This document shows, piece by piece, positions 1-9,029 of a DNA stretch of 64,000 bases. Location of the stretch: positions 2,592,001 to 2,656,000 of the forward strand of contig OY759353.1 of the NCBI GenBank assembly GCA_963662315.1, given 5' to 3'. Positions within the stretch are counted from its first letter, which is position 1. Each line of letters begins with the position of its first letter. A program made the position numbers and the translations under genes. This stretch comes from Geopsychrobacteraceae bacterium (GTDB lineage: Bacteria; Desulfobacterota; Desulfuromonadia; Desulfuromonadales; Geopsychrobacteraceae). Below the pieces are notes generated by a model. That model saw only the letters and a program-made list of their open reading frames with translations. It was not told the DNA's origin and did not search any database.

Positions 1-460
1 AATTTCCCTTCCCGCGTGATTCGTCATGTTTGGCCGGATCAGGATGATCCAGGCTAACCCGGAATTTGAGAGCATGCGGTTTGTCCCGCAGCCGCACAAC
101 ATCAGCCATCCGGTTCATTAATGGTTCGGTCGCATTGGTCAGGACCAGGCAAGGTCGATACTCCAGGGCCACCTCCAGAATCGCGACAAACTCCGGATTA
201 ACAAACGGCTCTCCCCCCGTGAAGGAAAACTTCTTGACGCCCAGTTCAAGGGCTTCAGCGATAAAACAGCAGGCATCCTCCAAAGTCAGAAACTCGATCC
301 GGTTGTTACCCGGCTTCGACCCCTCAAGGCAAAACGGGCAGCGCAGGTTGCAATTGGTCCCGGTGTGAAACCAAAGTTCTTCAAGCGTCTCGGGCTGGAT
401 ATATCCGCGTGGTTCATTCTGGCTGGTCTTAAGCCAGGGGTCAGTTTTGTCCATCTTCAT
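1..460 (-). CDS. Radical SAM protein, runs off the left edge (not in ORF track)
   Basis: Manual translation from ATG at 460 or 454: MKMDKTDPWLKTSQNEPRGYIQPETLEELWFHTGTNCNLRCPFCLEGS...FSFTGGEPF...LTNA...RVSLD. Contains CxxxCxxC and GGEP motifs; overlaps the stop of the upstream gene. Confidence 0.9.
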   Translation of the reverse strand, partial: MKMDKTDPWLKTSQNEPRGYIQPETLEELWFHTGTNCNLRCPFCLEGSKPGNNRIEFLTLEDACCFIAEALELGVKKFSFTGGEPFVNPEFVAILEVALEYRPCLVLTNATEPLMNRMADVVRLRDKPHALKFRVSLDHPDPAKHDESRGKGN

Positions 461-1109
461 AAAAAAAGATCTCCCTGTGGATGAGAGTGAAGTCTATGCC
501 GTTGGCCTCGAGCCACTGGCTGGTTTCCTCGATCATGGTGTCCAGTCCGCAGAGGTAGTAGTGGATACCCGTATCGATGGGAATGTGTTCATAAAGATCG
601 CTGACTCGGCCGTGACAATGGCCATGACCGGATTCCCTTGAGACCGCCAGGCGAAAACCTTTGAGGGGAGCAAATTCATCCAGACCAAAAGCATCTGCAA
701 GGTGGCGAACCCCGTAAAGACACGCTTCTGGTGGCTGCTCTGGATAACTGCGTAAATAACTCAAAAAGGGGGCGATACCTGTACCGGTGGCGATGAACAC
801 ACAACGTTCTTCGCTCGGCGTGGAGCGCCCCGGACGAAACCAGCCGAAGGGTTCGCTGATCTGGACCGTATCGCCTGGAATGCGCCGGGCCAGCCAATCA
901 CTGACCCGCCCCTTCGGGACCCGTCTGACCAGAAAGCGCAGAATCTTCTCTTGGGTACCGGCGGAAATGCTGTAGGGCTGCGAGTCTCCGTCGGCGTTGA
1001 ACAACGCCATGCAGTCCCCCGGCTCGAAAGCCACATTGCCCCGTTCTAGTTGCAGTTCGAAGAGATCGTCGTGGCGAAAAACAATATTGTGAACTTTCAG
1101 TGTCGGCAT
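441..1109 (-). CDS. FAD/NAD(P)-binding oxidoreductase, ferredoxin-NADP reductase-like
   Basis: QPYSI (RxYS-like), GRVSDWL, IATGTGIAPF, YYLCG and HREIF motifs. Confidence 0.85.
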   Translation of the reverse strand: MPTLKVHNIVFRHDDLFELQLERGNVAFEPGDCMALFNADGDSQPYSISAGTQEKILRFLVRRVPKGRVSDWLARRIPGDTVQISEPFGWFRPGRSTPSEERCVFIATGTGIAPFLSYLRSYPEQPPEACLYGVRHLADAFGLDEFAPLKGFRLAVSRESGHGHCHGRVSDLYEHIPIDTGIHYYLCGLDTMIEETSQWLEANGIDFTLIHREIFFYEDGQN

Positions 1110-1248
1110 GATTCGTTACGTCCCCCCTCTGAGTTTGGGAGTTTGGATAGTCAGCACATCGGAAACGTCAATTTCAGTTTCTGTCGTTAGTGTCTGGATC
1201 AAACCTTTCGCATTGGTCAGTCGCAGGCAGCGGTAGCCTGTTTGGTTG

Positions 1249-1836
1249 TTAAGGTTTGAGTTCCAGCACAACCCGCAACGAGTCAAACGCTCGCTTGAGA
1301 GGACCTTCCTCTTTTTTCAGACGCGATTGCATAATCCCGCCTTCAATGGTTCCCACCACCAGTTCGGCTAAATCAGCGGCGGGCAAATCCTGACGGACCT
1401 GGCCACTCACCTGGGCTTCGTGAATGGTTTCCTGCAGTTTCCCAATCCACTCCGTGAAAACCTCACCGACTAATTCGGCAAAAGGAGGCGCATTGTCACA
1501 GGCTTCGAGCGCGGTGTTGCCGAACAGGCAGCCGCCGACGAACCCTTTACTCCGGTTGCGCTCCATGGCATGACGGAAAAAACTGTCCAATCTGGCTCCG
1601 GGAGTATCCCCTTGCAGAGCATCGTCCAGAAACAGTCTGAAGGCCCGTTGCGCCCGCCGCAAAACTTCCAGACCAACATCTTCCTTGCTCGCAAAATGAA
1701 AATAGAGATTTCCTTTGGTCATTCCTGTTGCATCTAGCAGATCATTAATGGTTGTGGTCAAAAAACCCTTGCGATGAAAAACCTGACTGGCCTCATCGAG
1801 GATTTTTTCTCGAGTAATTTCGCCTTTAGTCGCCAT
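1249..1836 (-). CDS. TetR/AcrR family regulator (NemR-like)
   Basis: N-terminal HTH (TREKILDEA...KGNLYFHFASKE) and GGCLFGN motif. Start moved to ATG 1836, which has a GGAGGAG RBS. Confidence 0.9.
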   Translation of the reverse strand: MATKGEITREKILDEASQVFHRKGFLTTTINDLLDATGMTKGNLYFHFASKEDVGLEVLRRAQRAFRLFLDDALQGDTPGARLDSFFRHAMERNRSKGFVGGCLFGNTALEACDNAPPFAELVGEVFTEWIGKLQETIHEAQVSGQVRQDLPAADLAELVVGTIEGGIMQSRLKKEEGPLKRAFDSLRVVLELKP

Positions 1837-1860
1837 TGTCGCTCTCCTCCGAATAATAAA

Positions 1861-1911
1861 CAGACCATTCGGTATTTTCAGATTATCAACTATGCCCTTT
1901 ACCCTTGTCAA
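1861..1911 (-). promoter_or_regulatory. sigma70-type promoter plus candidate TetR operator
   Basis: Minus-strand TTGACA (1906-1911), 18-bp spacer, GATAAT (1882-1887). Imperfect palindrome AGACC-ATTC-GGTAT at 1862-1875 lies just downstream. Confidence 0.55.
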
Positions 1912-2108
1912 TCCGATGGGAATTATTTCCATCTTGTCGCCACAAGAGAGCCTCTACGAACACTACTTTCCCATGCTCCGAATATAATCTGGACTTCTTT
2001 TTAGGACATAATCCATACCGTGACTATCTGCGGATAACTGGCCCTACCTATTTAAAACCATTAATTTTAGAGAGGGGGGGGTATTTATAGAAATAAACTA
2101 TCTTGGAT

Positions 2109-3429
2109 CACTGCTGTCCGGTTAATAGCTGAATAAATCCAGCTGGTTACTATCAGGGAAATCTTGAATTTGCTTGAGAGCATCAGCAACCAGTGAAGAA
2201 ATGGGCTTTTTCTCAAACAAATTGACCTCCAGGATCTGTAAAAAAGTGTAGAGCTAGCACGGGATTTTGAGCTTTTTCTTCGCAATAACAACCAGAAGGT
2301 AAATGCACAGCGCTACCCATATCTGGCTCTTTACGCCGTTGATCGATGTCCCGTAAAACGATTTGATCCGCAGGTGCTGCTTAACCCATTTGAAAAACAG
2401 CTCTACCTGCCAGCGCTGCTTATAGACTTCGGCAACTGTAGCTGCTGAAATCGTAAAATTGTTGGTCAAAAAGACCAGGTGTTTATTTCGATCTTTGTCA
2501 ACATAACTGACCCGGCGGAACTTTTCCGGATAGTCCTTTTTCGATTTGGGAGTGACTAGGACAATCGTCTGGTCAGCTTTGATTCCGGCTGACTTGTCTT
2601 TGTCTGCGGAATAAAGTCGCCTGTAACGCAAATTGTCTTTTGCCCTGATGACGAAGAAACCTCCTTGTTGATGCAGCGCATAGAGTCGCGAGAAGTCGGT
2701 ATAGGCCTTGTCCATGGTGTAAATGGCATTCTCTGTTACCGGCAGAGAATCCAACATTCGGACATCATGTACTTTGCCTGTTGTGACGGCGACATAGGTC
2801 GGAATGGTTCCTCGCAGATCAAGCAGAGTATGCATTTTAACCGCGGACTTCGTCGTTTTGTATTCTGCCCATGGGAATAGAGACAGGCACAGATCAATGG
2901 TCGTTGAATCAAAAGCATACAGTGGCTGGCCAAGTTCAAGGGCAAATGGTTCGTCACAGTAAAGTTGCTGCGCCATGTGTATTAGAATATGGCCGAAGTC
3001 CTGAAAGATGCGCCAGTCCCTGCGCTCACTGGCATCTGCCAGAGTTGAGCGGGACACGGAACCGCGAAAGCCGATGTGGTAAAGCTTCTCTCGGTGAGAG
3101 TTCAAGCAGGTTTCGATATCTCGCAAGCTTTCACGGCTGGCCATTTGGGCATAAGCGAGGCACAGAAATTGATCGAATGTCGAAAACTTTCTGGCTCTGT
3201 AATCGCCCCGATAACGGTGAACGCACAAATTGAAATCGTGACGTGGCAGAAACTGCAGCAGTTGCCTGAAAACGGTTTGGCCTGAATTCATCGATACCTC
3301 CTGCGATAATGGATGGTATCTCCCCATATTCATGGGGCGAATTCAAATCGAAAACGGAACAGTTATGTCAAAGAACAATTATTATCAGTAACTTACAGCA
3401 CTATCCGACTTTTTAACCGGACAGTAGTG
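2109..3429 (-). mobile_element. IS4-family insertion sequence, 1321 bp
   Basis: TIRs CACTGCTGTCCGGTTAA (2109-2125) and TTAACCGGACAGTAGTG (3413-3429), 1 mismatch. Flanking 9-bp direct repeat ATCTTGGAT at 2100-2108 and 3430-3438. Confidence 0.95.
2122..3291 (-). pseudogene. IS4 DDE transposase with premature in-frame TAG at 2254-2256
   Basis: FDSTTIDL, MDKAY and YKQRWQVELFFKWVKQHL motifs. After ...KIPC-TAG the same frame continues LYTFLQILEVNLFEKKP...NQLDLFSY to TAA at 2122. Confidence 0.85.
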
Positions 3430-3507
3430 ATCTTGGATATGTTTTTTCACTCTTGTCTACGACGCGAGGAAAACTTTTTATGGACACAGGAAGGACAAAA
3501 AACACAA

Positions 3508-3538
3508 AAGCCCTACGGTGTAAATTACCGTAGGGCTT
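3508..3538 (-). terminator. Intrinsic terminator-like hairpin downstream of the tRNA-Arg fragment
   Basis: AAGCCCTACGGT-7nt-ACCGTAGGGCTT stem followed by T-rich tract on the minus strand. Confidence 0.75.
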
Positions 3539-3541
3539 AGT

Positions 3542-3594
3542 TTTTAAATGGCGCGCCGCGAGAGATTCGAACTCCCGGCCTTCTGATCCGTAGT
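3542..3594 (-). repeat. att site: 53-bp duplicate of the 3' part of tRNA-Arg(ACG) plus 7 flanking bases
   Basis: Identical to 10404-10456. Confidence 0.95.
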
Positions 3595-3724
3595 TATAAA
3601 GCCCTTTATTCACATTAAATCACAGACCATCTCACAAAACCGTCAACACCTTGAAATAACACGTTTTAAGATCTACAAACTTTAACTCTACATAACTTGA
3701 CATCATTTAATTTAACGTGCAATG

Positions 3725-3744
3725 TGGGGACAGAGTGGGGACAA
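3725..3744 (+). repeat. Putative integrase arm-type binding sites (left)
   Basis: TGGGGACAGAGTGGGGACAA, identical to 10333-10352; two TGGGGACA units. Confidence 0.7.
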
Positions 3745-3765
3745 ACTTAAATCAATGGGGGCAAT

Positions 3766-4974
3766 ATGACTTCGCACAAATGGCACTCTACAAACTTCCC
3801 GGGGGTTCGGTTTCGCAAGCATCCGACCCGGAAGCATGGTGTTAACTTTGATCAATACTTTGCTATCCGTTACCAAATTGACGGAAAGAGAAAAGAAGAG
3901 TCCCTTGGATGGGCTTCTGAAGGCTGGACCGCTAAAAAGGCTTATCAAACTCTGAACGAACTAAGAGAGGCCGCGACAACCGGAAAGGGTGCAACACGCC
4001 TCAAAGAGCGCCGCAGAGAAAAAGCATTAGCACAAGAGGAAAGCCCAACCCTTAAAGATGCAGCAGAATCTTTTATCGAATACTGCAAAAGGTCAAAGAG
4101 AGAAAAAACAATTCGCGGCTACATGGATGGGCTTGCCAAGGCTCAAGAATATACCCCAGCTAGAGGGACAGGTAAGCTAGGAACATGGAAACTTAAGGAA
4201 ATTCAGCGCCGACACATCGCCTCCCTGATTGATAATATTGCAGCAGAATCCGCATCAGTAGCTATTCAGGTTCGCAGCTCATTATCTGCCCTCTATGGGT
4301 GGGCGGTACAATCACCACAAGAATATGTCCAAAGCAATATTGTCAGAGACACTCCAAGGCCGCCGAAACCTAAACCACGGGACAGATACCTTACAGGGAA
4401 AGAAGCAGGAATACTCTGGACAGCCCTACAAACCGCTGACGGCGACCCTGCAATGATTCGCTGCCTTCAGTTTGCCATGCTTGTAGGTTGTCGCATATCT
4501 GAGGCCAGCGGGATGATGTCAAACGAAATTGACGGGGACTGGTGGACAATCCCGGCAGAACGCTTCAAGGGCAAGCGCCCCCATAGGGTTTATTTGACCG
4601 AAACGGCAAAGAAGTTAATCGCCGGTCCGGGACCGCTCGTATTTCCCAGCAAAAGAACAGGGAGACCCTTTGAGACCTCTTCTTTTTCAAGCTGGCTAAC
4701 AAAAAACAAACACTTTGGCCTAGAAAAATTCAGCTGCCATGACTTCAGAAGAACCATAGGAAGTGGCCTTGCAGAATTACGGTTTTCACAAGATACAATT
4801 GCTGCAACAATCGGACATAAGCTGCAAGGAGTAACAGCAGAACATTATATCCGCCATAAATATGATGACGAGAAAAAAGCTGCCCTTATCCGCTGGGAGC
4901 AACACATTCTTAAGTGTGCATCACCCGATAAACATCAAGCAGAGGTGATACCTCTACATGCAAGCAACCATTAA
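3766..4974 (+). CDS. Tyrosine recombinase / phage-type integrase
   Basis: Catalytic R (GCRISE), K (FKGKR), HxxR (HDFRR), H (IGH), Y (EHY); N-terminal arm-binding-like domain. Confidence 0.95.
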   Translation: MTSHKWHSTNFPGVRFRKHPTRKHGVNFDQYFAIRYQIDGKRKEESLGWASEGWTAKKAYQTLNELREAATTGKGATRLKERRREKALAQEESPTLKDAAESFIEYCKRSKREKTIRGYMDGLAKAQEYTPARGTGKLGTWKLKEIQRRHIASLIDNIAAESASVAIQVRSSLSALYGWAVQSPQEYVQSNIVRDTPRPPKPKPRDRYLTGKEAGILWTALQTADGDPAMIRCLQFAMLVGCRISEASGMMSNEIDGDWWTIPAERFKGKRPHRVYLTETAKKLIAGPGPLVFPSKRTGRPFETSSFSSWLTKNKHFGLEKFSCHDFRRTIGSGLAELRFSQDTIAATIGHKLQGVTAEHYIRHKYDDEKKAALIRWEQHILKCASPDKHQAEVIPLHASNH

Positions 4975-4989
4975 AACAGGAGAAAGAAC

Positions 4990-5145
4990 GTGTCTGAAAT
5001 TGAAATGATGATTAAAGAAGCCACAACCGCAATTGAATCACAATGCACCTGCGTAGATAGATCATGCAGCACTTGCTATGCGATTTCTCTACTGTACCAA
5101 GCAGCAGAAAAAATACAGGCTAACGACCACTACCCGAACAAATAA
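4990..5145 (+). CDS. Small 51-aa Cys-motif protein (not in ORF track)
   Basis: AGGAG RBS, GTG start, MSEIEMMIKEATTAIESQCTCVDRSCSTCYAISLLYQAAEKIQANDHYPNK. Confidence 0.55.
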   Translation: MSEIEMMIKEATTAIESQCTCVDRSCSTCYAISLLYQAAEKIQANDHYPNK

Positions 5146-5160
5146 CTCCGGAATCAACAC

Positions 5161-5186
5161 GCCGGGCCTCATAATAAAGACCCGGC
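5161..5186 (+). terminator. Hairpin after the integrase transcription unit
   Basis: GCCGGG...CCCGGC stem; weak U tract. Confidence 0.4.
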
Positions 5187-5399
5187 TTCCCCCTCTAAGC
5201 TAATCATCAAAAATCATATCTTCCTGTTTAACAGAGACTTCTAAACAACAGTAAAGATATCACAACACGTTTCCATAAGTAATTGATTTTACACAACTTT
5301 CGCTATTGACAGTCTCAATTATTTAAAGCACGATGTATCACATTGATTCACAAAATACTCTAACCGGATAAACATTTATTAGTTACAACAGGAGGACTT

Positions 5400-5654
5400 A
5401 TGTCAAACAGTTTACAAGAAGCAGAAGCTCTGATTCACGAAGCAATCAACAACTGGCCTTCACCATTCGTAACAAGAAAAGGGTGCGAAGAAATAAGCTC
5501 CGGAGCCATCAGCGCCGGAACCCTTGCTAACCTTGACTGCAAAGGAAAAGGGCCAGAGGGAGCATTTAAAATAGGAAGAACAACTTGCTACCCAAAAGCC
5601 AAATTTGGAGATTTTCTTATCAGCCGACTTAGCACTACAGAAAAGGTCCACTAA
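5400..5654 (+). CDS. Excisionase/AlpA-like small DNA-binding protein
   Basis: AGGAGG RBS; GTLANLDCKGKGP..FKIGRTTCY pattern typical of Xis-like proteins. Confidence 0.7.
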   Translation: MSNSLQEAEALIHEAINNWPSPFVTRKGCEEISSGAISAGTLANLDCKGKGPEGAFKIGRTTCYPKAKFGDFLISRLSTTEKVH

Positions 5655-5712
5655 GCCTCTGGTATTAACTTTGAAAATTATTTGCTGTGAGGCCATCAGG
5701 AGTAGCTCCCAG

Positions 5713-6087
5713 ATGATTGCCAACAAAAAACAGAACATAGTAACAACCCAAATAAACAAGAATCTAATACCAGAGGGTCTCTACCATGCAACGCTGTCCG
5801 ATGTTTTCAGGTTCGAGAATGATCATGGACCCCGCATAGGGTTTGAGTTCACCTTGTCTGGAAATGGTGTTGAAGGTCAAGAGATCACCCGGACGACATC
5901 AACACGTTGCACCAAAAAATCAAAGTTGAATGCCACCATCACCGCTCTGTCATCAGTCAAAAGCATAACCAACCTGAAATCATTAATTGGGACTCAATGC
6001 ATCTTATTAGTTATCCAAAAGACAAGTAGACAAGGTGTGACCTTCAATGAGATCGACAGGATCTTAAACAGCGTTGACCTCAAATAA
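5713..6087 (+). CDS. Hypothetical protein, resembles phage ssDNA-binding (DUF669-like) proteins
   Basis: IPEGLYHATLSDV...FEFTL...LIGTQCILLV...FNEI pattern; start uncertain. Confidence 0.45.
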   Translation: MIANKKQNIVTTQINKNLIPEGLYHATLSDVFRFENDHGPRIGFEFTLSGNGVEGQEITRTTSTRCTKKSKLNATITALSSVKSITNLKSLIGTQCILLVIQKTSRQGVTFNEIDRILNSVDLK

Positions 6088-6122
6088 AACTGAGCTGGCA
6101 AAAAGCCGGAAGGAATCTGTGC

Positions 6123-6569
6123 ATGAGTGGACAAAAATCTCCGTATACGTGGTTTGAAAAAGACCTTATCAGATCGAAGGCATTCCGGGGCCTGACTTCG
6201 ACTGCCAAAGATGTTTATTTGCATTTTTTATTGAAAAGGCAGTTCCGCAATTCAAATCGGAATAAAAAGCATGGAAAGGGCGTGAGGATGGAAATCATCA
6301 ATAATGGTAAAATCTGCTTTCCTTATTCGGAGGCTGAAAAAATTGGAATACCAAGGCCAACATTTGCTAGAGCATTGGATAACCTCGTTGAAAGAGGCCT
6401 TATCGATATAACGCATGCTGGAAGCGGTGGGGTCAAGGGAGATATGTCTCTTTATGCCATCAGCGATAGGTGGGAAAAATTCGGAACCGACGAATTTATA
6501 GAAGCGCATCGGGAACCTGATCCTCGATGCGGGGGTGCCCTCAGAAGATATCATAAAAAACAAACATAA
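6123..6569 (+). CDS. Winged-helix protein, possible replication initiator
   Basis: AFRGLTSTAKDVYLHF and PTFARALDNLVERGLI HTH pattern; followed by iteron-like palindromes. Confidence 0.6.
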   Translation: MSGQKSPYTWFEKDLIRSKAFRGLTSTAKDVYLHFLLKRQFRNSNRNKKHGKGVRMEIINNGKICFPYSEAEKIGIPRPTFARALDNLVERGLIDITHAGSGGVKGDMSLYAISDRWEKFGTDEFIEAHREPDPRCGGALRRYHKKQT

Positions 6570-6758
6570 GTTTCACCATTGAAACTCAAGGTAGTTTCAA
6601 AAATGAAACACCATATAGGCAGGATAGAACCGATCATGTTTCAAAAATGGACCTCAAAATTCGACTAGAACTCGGAACAACTAATTGGGCAGGCAGAGAG
6701 ATAAGACCAAAATCAATTATTAACCATCAACCTTGGGTCATGTCTCATTATTGAAACT
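6569..6758. repeat. Four 18-bp imperfect palindromes, consensus WGTTTCA-N4-TGAAACW (candidate iterons)
   Basis: 6569-6586, 6593-6610, 6637-6654, 6741-6758. Confidence 0.7.
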
Positions 6759-6801
6759 ATTCTATAGAATACCAGGGGACAGGGGCTAAACAAGGGATAG
6801 C

Positions 6802-7620
6802 ATGAGCAGAGAAACAGCATCGGCAAAAGAAGACACTCAAGAAGATCCGCAATCAACACAACTGCTGGCTGATATTCGGGCCATCCTGACAGAAGATCGC
6901 ATTTCATCCCATGACCTTGCTAAGGCTCTGGCTGACCTTAAAGACCGGCCTTGGTGTAGATTGAATGATGGTCTGCCTATGACTAAAAATGGTCTGTCAA
7001 AGCTACTGAAGCCCATTGGTATCAAGTCCCGGACCATCAGACTGACCTGCGGAAAAACTCTTAAAGGGTATCTGGCAAAACAGTTTAATGGTGCATGGTC
7101 ACGGCACCTTCCTAATCAAAACGTAACAACGTCACAAGCTTGTAATATCAGTAACTTAAGCAGCAGAAAAAACGTAACAGACCTACCATTGGTTACAGAT
7201 GCAGGGAAGTCTGAGCCGTTGCCCTCCCAGCAGTGTGACGTTATTGCTTTCCCGACAGGCAGAAACATCCGTGAAGAAAAGGAAGGGCAATCAGGGTGCC
7301 AAATCAAGGTCCTTGCAAGGGCATGGCTTGAAGGTGGTGAGCTTCATTTGAGGGGAACATTCCCTGACCTTGCTGCCGAGATCGCTTTATTGACCGGCGA
7401 AGATTTGTCTCTACAGAAAGAACTGCTATCAACGCATTGCCCATCCCATAGCCCGACAAGTATTGAGGCATTATTTGAAGCTTGGGATGAACGCTGCGCC
7501 ATCATGGAGTACGATGGAGGGCTATCAAAGGAAGATGCAGAGTATGAGGCTGCAAAGTTATACTACCTGATTCCATGGTTGTCGGAGTTGCGGAACCGGG
7601 AGCCTGTTGATATCGATTGA
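6802..7620 (+). CDS. DUF3631-like domain protein with C-terminal ERxAIMEYDGGL module
   Basis: QLLADIRAIL..DRISS..L..AL....DRPW...G.PMT...LSKLLKPIGIKS..IR......KGY...F..AW.R pattern. Confidence 0.7.
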   Translation: MSRETASAKEDTQEDPQSTQLLADIRAILTEDRISSHDLAKALADLKDRPWCRLNDGLPMTKNGLSKLLKPIGIKSRTIRLTCGKTLKGYLAKQFNGAWSRHLPNQNVTTSQACNISNLSSRKNVTDLPLVTDAGKSEPLPSQQCDVIAFPTGRNIREEKEGQSGCQIKVLARAWLEGGELHLRGTFPDLAAEIALLTGEDLSLQKELLSTHCPSHSPTSIEALFEAWDERCAIMEYDGGLSKEDAEYEAAKLYYLIPWLSELRNREPVDID

Positions 7621-7906
7621 AGGGGAAAAAATCAGATCAGGGGAACGGTCCCTGCCTGACACGTTGACCCCTTCCATCCATCCCATCCGACTTCGCATGC
7701 GTCCCACCATCCTGAATTAGCCTCATTTTGAAGTAGCAGCATCCTACAAGTACCTTACAGATATAAGTACTTATTTAAGCATGTTGAACCTTCTGAACTT
7801 ATAAAAATTGCTCACAGAAGCTTGCAACTCTTCCAGTAAGCAGAATTACTATGTTTCTTTTGCTACATAATCATTGGATAAATTTGCTTTTAGACATGTC
7901 AGATAG

Positions 7907-8188
7907 TTATGGCATATAGGAAGGACGCGGAACGTCTTTTGTAATGAATATGTAGAGAAAATAAAAAACAGCATATATGGAAAATATCTTCAATGTGAAA
8001 TTTTCAATATGAAATCTGTTTTTTATCTTTGATAAGACAAAAATAATTCCTAATAAAATCACAGCTCCGGCTAAAAAGGTGCCAATGTTTTTAATGATAT
8101 CAATAAAAAAGCCATCTCTTGCGATGAAGAAATATACCAAAACTATTCCACTTATGACCTCAATAGCATTGTCTTTGACCCACTGCAT
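7907..8188 (-). CDS. Small membrane protein (about 3 hydrophobic segments)
   Basis: CAGGAG RBS, hydrophobic stretches, AT-rich. Confidence 0.65.
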   Translation of the reverse strand: MQWVKDNAIEVISGIVLVYFFIARDGFFIDIIKNIGTFLAGAVILLGIIFVLSKIKNRFHIENFTLKIFSIYAVFYFLYIFITKDVPRPSYMP

Positions 8189-8244
8189 ATTTAATTAACT
8201 CCTGAAAATTGCAAAAGTATTCCGATTAAATGAAGTCGTGCGAT

Positions 8245-8964
8245 TTATCCACTTATTTCTTCCAGAGCGATTACCTTCTTTAATAGTTTTTTATTGATAT
8301 CATCAGCATCGATGCCGCGCGTAACTTCAGCATGACAATTGGGGCAAATAGCTGCCGTATTGTATATTGAATCATTTCCACCCCCTTCAAGTGATTCAAT
8401 ATGATGAACTTCCAAGTATGGCTGACCAGACCTTGAAATAAATGGGGCCGGAGAACCACACTTCTCACATATCCCTGCCGCTCTCAACAAGACATAAGCT
8501 TTGATGCTGGCATTCCTTGATCTTGTAGTGCTTTGCTGGACTGTTGTTTTTGAAACAGGGTCTACTGATTTTGCAGTTTCTCTCAACTCTTCAAGTGACC
8601 CTTTGTATTTATCAATTCCAAAGTAGTCGTAAATTCGCGGATCTTTACTGCCTTGACGCGGAATGGCTCTTATGGCCGTCTCAGGAGTGTAGTCTTCTAT
8701 AGGGATGATTGTATTGGTGTCTGCCCTTAGGTAGGGTTGACCTCTTAAAGAGCCGTCTGGATTGGTTTTTTGACATACTTTCAGATCTGCGCGAAAACGA
8801 CTGCCTATTGGATTTTCTTCGCGTAATTTCCTTGGAAATTCAACTCGCCAATCATCAGGTATCAGATCGCATAGCACGTGAACACGTGGCCTAGAAATGC
8901 CATCATCACGGCATGTTTCAACTAAAGCACTGAACAGCATTTCTCCTACTGCTAATTTAATCAT
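8245..8964 (-). CDS. HNH endonuclease (McrA-like C-terminal domain) with uncharacterised N-terminal domain
   Basis: CEKCGSPAPF...PYLEVHHIESLEGGGNDSIYNTAAICPNCH. Confidence 0.85.
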   Translation of the reverse strand: MIKLAVGEMLFSALVETCRDDGISRPRVHVLCDLIPDDWRVEFPRKLREENPIGSRFRADLKVCQKTNPDGSLRGQPYLRADTNTIIPIEDYTPETAIRAIPRQGSKDPRIYDYFGIDKYKGSLEELRETAKSVDPVSKTTVQQSTTRSRNASIKAYVLLRAAGICEKCGSPAPFISRSGQPYLEVHHIESLEGGGNDSIYNTAAICPNCHAEVTRGIDADDINKKLLKKVIALEEISG

Positions 8965-9029
8965 ATCTTTACTCGCTTTATATTTGGTTCACGCGGTGAA
9001 AGTACGGGCAAGATGATCTCAATGTTTTG

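Noticed and set aside
2254..2256. Pyrrolysine recoding of the transposase TAG
   Set aside because: No pyl genes in the window; a simple nonsense mutation in an IS is far more parsimonious
3542..3594. Second functional tRNA-Arg
   Set aside because: Only the 3' part from the anticodon loop is present; D arm and 5' acceptor strand are missing
6569..6758. Mini CRISPR array
   Set aside because: Repeats are 18 bp, degenerate and irregularly spaced (6, 26 and 86 bp); no cas genes
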